Origin: Terriglobia bacterium
GTDB lineage: Bacteria > Acidobacteriota > Terriglobia > 2-12-FULL-54-10
Assembly (NCBI GenBank): GCA_963666975.2
Contig: CAXVYR010000004.1
Location: 1,824,001-1,888,000 of the forward strand
DNA: 64,000 nucleotides
Direction of reading: 5' to 3'
In this document: in pieces, positions 57,684 to 64,000 of the stretch
Numbering within the stretch: position 1 is the stretch's first letter
How the letters are laid out: each line of letters opens with the position of its first letter
The notes under the pieces: model-generated
What the model saw: the letters and a program-made list of their open reading frames with translations, nothing else
What the model was told of the DNA's origin: nothing
The model's database searches: none
Position numbers and translations under genes: made by a program

Positions 57684-59498
57684 CTAGTATCTGTAATCCA
57701 CCAGCAGTTGAGCCCGGTTAGATAAGCCCCCCCATTGCGGCAGCAGCAGCGGTTCCGGATTCCTCACCTGAACGGAATACGTGCCGGCCCGGACGATGAG
57801 GCTCGCGTCGATGGTCAGTTTCAATTCCGCTTTGCTCACGCGCTCGAACTGTATCGGCGCGCCATCGAAAAACACACGTGATTTGCTCGTAAAGCCGACT
57901 CCTTTGACTGTCAGGGTCAGCGTCGGGTCCCCCTCGGTGACCAGGGTAGGCGAGATGGATTCGATCCCCGGCGGCGGCTGCCCGAATGCCGTGGTCCGCA
58001 TCGACTCCGATTCTCTCTTGAGAGCCCGCACCCATGTGCCGCCTTCCAACAACGCGCCCTCAAAAGGAGTCTGAAACGACGGATGGTACCCCCGGTCGAT
58101 CACCTTGCCGTCCTGGATCACCCACTCGATCTGTTGCAGGTTGCCGATGTCCTGCAAGGGGTCGGCATTGACGATGACCACATCCGCCAGTTTCCCCGCC
58201 TCGATGGTTCCCAGATGGTCGAGCTGCCGGAACCCTTCGGCTATATTTCGTGTCGCCGCCTGGATCACCTGCATCGGGGTCAGGCCCGCTTCGATCAACA
58301 ATTCAAACTCGTGATGCAATCCGATGCCTGCCACGGCCCAGCCCAAGCCCGAAGTATCCGTTCCAGCCAATACTTTCCCGCCAGCCTGCGCGAACATTCC
58401 AATGAACCGCTGCATGTTCTGAAAACCTTTTTTTCGCATCTCCCGCTGCGCAGGCTCCATATCGTCAAACTCCGTGTAGTTTCCCATCCACTTCAGGCGG
58501 GTCCTCTCCGGAAAATAGGCGAGCCCCGGATCGTTCAGCAGGCGGTAATCCTGTACTTCCCACTCGTCGCGCTTTTCGTGAAAACCCCGCCCTTCGCAAA
58601 CCAGGTCGGGTTCCAAATAAACATTCCGCTCGATCAATAGCTGGATCATCTCCGCCGCCTTCGCTTCGTCCATATCCGAAAAAGGCGTTGGATTCAGGGA
58701 GTGCTCTTCGATGTAGCCCCACCCTTCCCACTGGGAAGGGTCTCTGGCAACCGAGATACTGATTCCCGCAGCGTGCTCCAGGATATCGGCCCCCGCCAGA
58801 ACCGCTTCCCTGGCGTACACCGTGGGGCCAATCGGCTGCGCCACCAAGGGCAAGCCCGCTCTGTGAGCCTCCTCGGCGGCTGCCTGATAGACCTCCACCG
58901 GCGGCCCCCGGTGCACCTTGATCATATCCGCCCCCGCCTCGGCAAACCTCCGGGTCACATCCCTTGCCTGCGCGGCCGTCCCGATCACCATGCGGGAAGA
59001 CAGCGTCATATCCTCGGCACTCCTGCCGCCCAGAGCGGCAATCCGGCCACCCGCCAGGCTTCCCACCGCCAGAAATAGCCTGGGTCCGGGGATCTTGCCC
59101 CGCGTAATCGCCTCCCGCCGGACCAGCCCTAATTCCCCGCCGCCGCCGATCTCAAAGACCGACGTGACGCCGTGGGTGAGGAGCAGCTCCGCCAAAAAAT
59201 CCTGGTAGTGAACATGCGCGTCCATCAAACCGGGGAGAATAAATTTCCCATCGGCTTGCAGCACCCTGGCGCCCGCGGGATATTGGGCTTGCCCCTTGCG
59301 GGACACGGTCTCGATCCGGTTGCCCCGGATGATAATCAGGGCATCTGCAACGGGCGCGCCGCCGTTGCCGTCAATCAAGGTGCCTCCCTCGATCACGAGA
59401 ACGGCCGGCTGCTCCTGCTGGGCAGCGGCGGGGACAGAATTAAACCAGGAAAAAAGGAAGCAAGAAATTACAAGCGAGTAACGGATGGGTCTGTTCAT
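57684..59498 (-). CDS. Secreted amidohydrolase with C-terminal IPT/TIG domain
   Basis: Signal peptide, PGLMDAHVH, IKVH, LEH, AGTD, GTIEAGKLAD; SISP...LTVKGVGF tail. Confidence 0.9.
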   Translation of the reverse strand: MNRPIRYSLVISCFLFSWFNSVPAAAQQEQPAVLVIEGGTLIDGNGGAPVADALIIIRGNRIETVSRKGQAQYPAGARVLQADGKFILPGLMDAHVHYQDFLAELLLTHGVTSVFEIGGGGELGLVRREAITRGKIPGPRLFLAVGSLAGGRIAALGGRSAEDMTLSSRMVIGTAAQARDVTRRFAEAGADMIKVHRGPPVEVYQAAAEEAHRAGLPLVAQPIGPTVYAREAVLAGADILEHAAGISISVARDPSQWEGWGYIEEHSLNPTPFSDMDEAKAAEMIQLLIERNVYLEPDLVCEGRGFHEKRDEWEVQDYRLLNDPGLAYFPERTRLKWMGNYTEFDDMEPAQREMRKKGFQNMQRFIGMFAQAGGKVLAGTDTSGLGWAVAGIGLHHEFELLIEAGLTPMQVIQAATRNIAEGFRQLDHLGTIEAGKLADVVIVNADPLQDIGNLQQIEWVIQDGKVIDRGYHPSFQTPFEGALLEGGTWVRALKRESESMRTTAFGQPPPGIESISPTLVTEGDPTLTLTVKGVGFTSKSRVFFDGAPIQFERVSKAELKLTIDASLIVRAGTYSVQVRNPEPLLLPQWGGLSNRAQLLVDYRY

Positions 59499-59649
59499 CG
59501 TGCCCCTCCTAGGTGTCCTTTATAAGGTGTTCCTGCCTGCCGGTGGTGAGGGTAGATTGTCATCACGCGTGAGCCTATCACTTATCCGTGCCGTCAGCCA
59601 ATAGCACAGGCCCGGCAAGGCCGGCCACAGCCAGTCCAGGCACGGCTGG

Positions 59650-59785
59650 AGAGTCTGTGTGAAAACTACCCTTGATAAGTTTGTATAATGTGCCTCAAGG
59701 AGACGCGATGAGATTTTTGACCTGCAACCCCGAGCAAGGCTATCTGCTGCCGCCCAGCGTGCACGAGGTACTGGGGGAGGAACAC
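59650..59785 (+). mobile_element. IS1182-family left-end remnant
   Basis: GAGTCTGTGTGAAAACT end, AAGGAG RBS, MRFLTCNPEQGYLLPPSVHEVLGEEH (ATG 59708), then loss of similarity. Confidence 0.7.
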
Positions 59786-59964
59786 GTCCCGCTGTGGCGG
59801 CATGGTGTGCATGGGGGAGTCTGGCGGTGTTGACCGGGCTGACCGCCTTGCTGATCTTGGCGAGAATATTCCGAATCGAGTTCTTTCGCGCCTAGCGGGG
59901 GCAGATTTTCTTTCGTGCAGTGACCCCGGAAGTTGCCTGAGCTGTCCTCCAAAAGAGCGCCTTC

Positions 59965-60627
59965 TTAATTACCGGCGAAGCAGTAGAACAATCCGTCGCC
60001 GCCTGAGCTTTGCAAGGCTTCCTGGCTGCAGCCTCTGGATGGGTGCGTCGAGTTCCACGACGTGCTGCCGCCGCCCTGGCGGTCGTGATGGCCGACCATG
60101 GCGCTGCCCGCATCGCTGCTGGTCCAATTCCGGCAGGTCCGGTCCTCGCTGCCCGCAATCGCCCTGCCGTGTGAATCGGAGCCCGTCAGGATATCGTGCC
60201 GGTTGGGGCTGTCTCCTCGGCCGTTGACTACCTCGCCTTTCTCGTTCAGCGCCGTGTCCTTGAAAAGATAGTTGCGGTCGCGTTCGATGTCCCCGTGCAG
60301 GTCGGCGACGTTTGGAGCGATGCGGACCCCCTTGGCGTTGTGCCACGGTCCCTGGCCGATGCGGTCGCGGGCATGGACGGCTGCCTGTCCGCCGGAAGCG
60401 CTGGTGCTGAGGTAGGCGCGCCATGTGCGATCGCCTGCCCCCGCTGCTGCGGCCAGCATCTGGCAGTGCCTGTCGGCTCCGGCCAAGCCGCCCAGATTGG
60501 CTCCATTGCCTGGCCCCGTGCTCGTGACGAAGAAGCTCATCGGGGCGTCTTGCGCAAGCACCCAGTACGAGCCCAGCACAGCCAGCAGGACCGCAGCAAC
60601 TACATATTGCATCTTACTCATATGCAT
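59965..60627 (-). CDS. Secreted endostatin/DUF1554-like protein
   Basis: Signal peptide; SFFVTS..G.GANLGGLAGADRHCQ..A...TWRAYLS, HDILTGS, TCRNWTS and GLFYCFA. Confidence 0.85.
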   Translation of the reverse strand: MHMSKMQYVVAAVLLAVLGSYWVLAQDAPMSFFVTSTGPGNGANLGGLAGADRHCQMLAAAAGAGDRTWRAYLSTSASGGQAAVHARDRIGQGPWHNAKGVRIAPNVADLHGDIERDRNYLFKDTALNEKGEVVNGRGDSPNRHDILTGSDSHGRAIAGSEDRTCRNWTSSDAGSAMVGHHDRQGGGSTSWNSTHPSRGCSQEALQSSGGDGLFYCFAGN

Positions 60628-60832
60628 GTCGGTTCTCCTTCACGATGTTGTTTTGATGATGACCGCCCATGTCGGTTCGCCTTCTGCCGGTGGCTAGGGT
60701 AATACAAAATCGCGAGCCACATGCAGGCTTGGGCCGCTCCGGCAGCGCAGGGACGCACAGCAATTCTCCAGCGCAGGGGCTACTACCGCCACGCCCCTGC
60801 AACGGACAGAATATTCCGCGCCCTGATTCAGG

Positions 60833-61270
60833 CTACGGCCGGATGGGTCCCTCTGCTGGCCGGTCGACTTTGTCCACTACCTTTTGATTTTCCTTCTTCC
60901 AGTCGCGAATCCCGCAAAACGGACCCGCCTTGTAGCCCGCCTTCAGGAATTTTGCAGCAGCGCGCTCCGCGCGCCCTCCACCCTGTCAGTAGAAAACAAG
61001 CTCGATATCTTTCGGGATATCCTTCATCCGCTTGTCGAGATCGGCCACGGGGATGTGGATGGCGCCAGCGATCGCGCCGTCCTGTTCCAGTTCCCAGTCT
61101 TCGCGAACATCGATCAGAAGGAATTTTTCGCCGCTATCCAGTTTTTCCTTCAGTTTGGATATGGCGATCCGCTCCGGCTTGCTGGTCTCCTTCTGCTGAG
61201 CTACCCCCAATGGGCTGGAGGTGATGAACAGCGCGAGCAGGGCGGATGCAATCGCAAATTTTCCTGCCAT
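60833..61270 (-). CDS. Exported rhodanese-domain protein, probable selenoprotein (UGA = Sec95)
   Basis: LIDVRE..E...G.I.GAIHIP...LVFY-TGA-QGGGRAERAA..F..AGY...GIRDWK; frame stays open 50 more codons to TAG 60833; hairpin right after the UGA. Confidence 0.85.
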
Positions 61271-61361
61271 TGTTGCCTCCCGAGTGTAGGAAATCGTTCT
61301 GGGGATCAAAAGTGCATTCTACGCAAATTGCCGATACAGAGCAATGGTTCGTGCCGAACGA

Positions 61362-61530
61362 TAGTGTCTCAGTTTGAAATCGGCAGGGCTAGATCGTTTT
61401 TACGAATTGTGTATCCCGTCAGGGCACGGTTCAGACACCCCAGCACGCTGACAGCGGCGCGCTGGGGGCCCCGTCAAACCGTGCCCTGACAAATCGTGTG
61501 TCGCTGTGCCTAACGGAAACTGACCCACTG
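61362..61530. mobile_element. MITE-like element with a long internal hairpin
   Basis: Ends AGTGTCTCAGTTT / AAACTGACCCACT; internal GTCAGGGCACGG (61418) / CCGTGCCCTGAC (61490). Confidence 0.6.
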
Positions 61531-61657
61531 CCTGATCCATCATCAATTGGACAGTTGCCGGCCCTATTTGGTTAAATGATGACCGGGGTATTCCTGTTCA
61601 GACTTTGCAGGATGCGCTTGCTGAGCGCAAGGGAGAACTCGCAATGGAGACCTATCG

Positions 61658-62293
61658 ATGAACGCTCAACCGCATGAATTTCCGCCTCGTGAGTTTTATC
61701 GCCTGCTGATCCATTCCGTAGCGCCACGGCCCATCGCCTGGGTCTCGACGATCAGCACAGAGGGCGTACATAATTTGGCGCCCTTCTCATTTTTCAACGC
61801 ACTCTGTGCCACGCCGCCTCTGCTGGGCTTTTGTCCGGGCATCCGATCACAGAAATCCCGGCAAGCGCTTGGATCCGGCGTAAAAGACACGTTGCGAAAC
61901 ATTCGCGAGACCGGCGAGTTCGTCGTCAACGTCGTACCGTTTCCGCTGGCTGAACCCATGAACCTGACGAGCGGGGAATATGAGGCTTCCGTTGACGAGT
62001 TTGAGGTGGCCGGATTGACGATGCGACCATCGCAGCACATCCAACCCGCCCACGTGGCCGAATCCCCCGTCAATTTTGAATGCAAAGTTTTCCAGATCCT
62101 CGATTTTGGGACCGACAATTCCGGTGGCAGCCTGGTGATCGGCGAAATTGTTTCGGTCCATTTGGAGCAGGAAGTATTGCGTGAGGGACGGATCGACGGA
62201 CAATTGCTGGATGTGATTGGCCGCATGGGCGGCGCCCAGTATTGCCGGACCACGGAACGGTTTAGCATGGCCCGGCCCGAGAGGAAACCATAA
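61658..62293 (+). CDS. Flavin reductase family (DIM6/NTAB) protein
   Basis: PRPIAWVST, NLAPFSFFN, KDTLRNI..TGEFVVN, ESPVNFEC and GRMGG. Confidence 0.93.
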   Translation: MNAQPHEFPPREFYRLLIHSVAPRPIAWVSTISTEGVHNLAPFSFFNALCATPPLLGFCPGIRSQKSRQALGSGVKDTLRNIRETGEFVVNVVPFPLAEPMNLTSGEYEASVDEFEVAGLTMRPSQHIQPAHVAESPVNFECKVFQILDFGTDNSGGSLVIGEIVSVHLEQEVLREGRIDGQLLDVIGRMGGAQYCRTTERFSMARPERKP

Positions 62294-62318
62294 CAGCAAC
62301 AGGGCGTCTGAGAGGAAT

Positions 62319-62408
62319 ATGCAACTGAAGGGCAAAGTCGCTCTCATCACAGGAGGCGGGAGAGGCATCGGCAAGGCGGTTGCTCTGGCTTACGCGCAGG
62401 TGAAATAA
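62319..62408 (+). pseudogene. SDR N-terminal fragment
   Basis: GAGG RBS; MQLKGKVALITGGGRGIGKAVALAYAQVK then stop, followed by repeat-like DNA. Confidence 0.75.
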
Positions 62409-62522
62409 CATCGGTTTGCCCGGTGTCTATAGCGCTTTCACAGTTCGTGTTTAGTCAGAGCCGCAAGCAAGCGGACCCATATACCAATTTTTCAACAACC
62501 TCCTACTGCAACGGCTTTCCTC

Positions 62523-62562
62523 AAAAGAAAGGGCCCTCCGAGGTCATCCCCCGAAGGGCCCT
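62523..62562 (-). terminator. Intrinsic terminator after the Vgb-like gene
   Basis: Minus strand AGGGCCCTTCGG...CGGAGGGCCCT-TTCTTTT. Confidence 0.65.
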
Positions 62563-62584
62563 GCTGAATTTCAGACTTTTCCTT

Positions 62585-64000
62585 CTATATTCCGTTTCCT
62601 TCCAACAGTTCAATATAACCCATGCGGTTGGAAGTATTCCCGGACCACCAGACGCGGTTTGGGTTGTTCTGGTCCACCTCAATCCGGCGATGATCCTCCT
62701 CGGCGTTCGCCAGGGGAAACTCGACCCATTCTTCGGTTCTGGGATTAAAGCGGGCGATTTTGTCCACGTGCTGCTGGGCAACCCAAATCAGATCATGCTG
62801 CAAGTCTACGCTCACCGCATAGGTGCCGCTATTCTCGGTTGGGGGTGTAAAGACCGACATTTTATTGGTCTTATAATCGATCTTCAGAATCTTGCCGGCG
62901 CCATGCAGGCCGAACCAGACGTTGCCTTCCGAGTCCGGTCCTCCCTTGCGCGGGACAGCGCCTTCCACGGGAATCTCGAACTCTTCAATATTGCCGGTAA
63001 CCGGATCAACGCGGGCCATCTTATCCATGGCGTTCAAAGCGAGCCAAACCCCTCCGTCGCCCGCAATGGCCATCCCGTAGGGGCTGGCGCTGCGTCCCGC
63101 CTTGACCCCGGAAGGAATTTCAAAGCCGGTGAACTCCCCGGTTTTGAGATTCAGCCGGATGGTCGTGTTATTGCCGATGGCGTTGAACCAGACGGTGCCA
63201 TTAGGGTGGTCCCGCATGGTGTTGCCGCCGGGCGCGCCGGTTCGCAGCTTGGTGGTCATCGTAAAGCTGGTAAACTCTTCTGTTTTCGTGTCGTATGCCA
63301 TCCACCGGCGGTTGGGGCCGTAATCGATAAACCACAGTTTGTTGTTGTCGCCGGCCCAAATGGCGTTCAGCTTCACGGTGCTGGATTCTCCCGGCGGGGT
63401 GGCAATCTCGGTGTAGGCCAGTGTTCTTGGATCCATGCGGCCCAGCAAGCCGGTCTTCCGCAAGCTGACCCAGCCGTTCCCGTCCGAGTCCACGGTCACT
63501 TCGTGAGGTTCCGTATCGTGAGTGGGGATTTCAAACTCCACGGCGATGTATTTAGTGGCCGCGCCCGTCAGCAGAGTCCTAGGCAGGCGGCTGTTGGGAT
63601 CCGGCTTCGCCCTTGCTGGCCCGCCTGATTCGCTCTCGCCGAAGTTCTTTACATCGTAGTCGAGCAGGACGGCTGCTTCCTGATCGGTCATGCTCATTCC
63701 AAGTTGTGATGAGCCCTTCATGAACATGCGCATGCCGTCGATGGTTTCTTTCCACTGTGCCCGGTCCACCCGGTGGCTCGCGACTTGATCGGGGTTGCGA
63801 TGGCAACCAACGCATTTTGTTTCAATGATGGTCTTGCCCGGCCCTTCCGGCAGGGGGATAGGCTCTGCCGCTCCTCCTCCTGCCTGGCCCGGTTGCCTTC
63901 CCGGCCACGCTGCCGGCAGCATCGGCGCCTGCGGAGCCGTGAGCGACAGGTTCACCGTCGCGGGTTGGCCGGCCTCCACATCTGCCGCAGCCGACCATTC
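62585..64000 (-). CDS. Cytochrome c plus Vgb-like beta-propeller protein (5' end outside the window)
   Basis: LPEGPGK..IETKCVGCH heme motif with downstream Met; repeated PH/PY-x-x-x-x-D-x-x-G-x-V-W blades. Confidence 0.85.
   Translation of the reverse strand, partial: EWSAAADVEAGQPATVNLSLTAPQAPMLPAAWPGRQPGQAGGGAAEPIPLPEGPGKTIIETKCVGCHRNPDQVASHRVDRAQWKETIDGMRMFMKGSSQLGMSMTDQEAAVLLDYDVKNFGESESGGPARAKPDPNSRLPRTLLTGAATKYIAVEFEIPTHDTEPHEVTVDSDGNGWVSLRKTGLLGRMDPRTLAYTEIATPPGESSTVKLNAIWAGDNNKLWFIDYGPNRRWMAYDTKTEEFTSFTMTTKLRTGAPGGNTMRDHPNGTVWFNAIGNNTTIRLNLKTGEFTGFEIPSGVKAGRSASPYGMAIAGDGGVWLALNAMDKMARVDPVTGNIEEFEIPVEGAVPRKGGPDSEGNVWFGLHGAGKILKIDYKTNKMSVFTPPTENSGTYAVSVDLQHDLIWVAQQHVDKIARFNPRTEEWVEFPLANAEEDHRRIEVDQNNPNRVWWSGNTSNRMGYIELLEGNGI

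Overview
GC-rich bacterial chromosomal window, probably Acidobacteriota (inferred from a TIGR03437-like remnant, a Zn-ribbon/XRE regulator and the repeat families). Housekeeping genes: partial xerD, lpxD, leuS, nfo, proC, miaB. Main clusters: (1) a TetR-led aromatic-CoA catabolic operon with a two-subunit CoA-transferase, enoyl-CoA hydratase, an hcrCAB-like molybdoenzyme and an amidohydrolase; (2) a SAM-I riboswitch controlling a thrC-like plus MoaD/CysO pair; (3) a complete coenzyme F420 set (cofD, cofE, cofC, cofG, cofH, npdG) split by a KAP-NTPase/pentapeptide insert; (4) a six-gene MoxR/vWA operon resembling mxaK-L-R-S-A-C with no methanol dehydrogenase in the window. The ORF track misses or truncates several genes, most notably an exported rhodanese with an in-frame UGA at the catalytic Cys position followed by a SECIS-like hairpin (likely selenoprotein), and an amber-interrupted RelE toxin. 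There are also many gene remnants, IS5/IS3/IS1182 relics, MITEs, REP-like hairpins and short tandem duplications. No rRNA, tRNA or CRISPR array was seen. All calls come from motif recognition by eye; no database searches were run.
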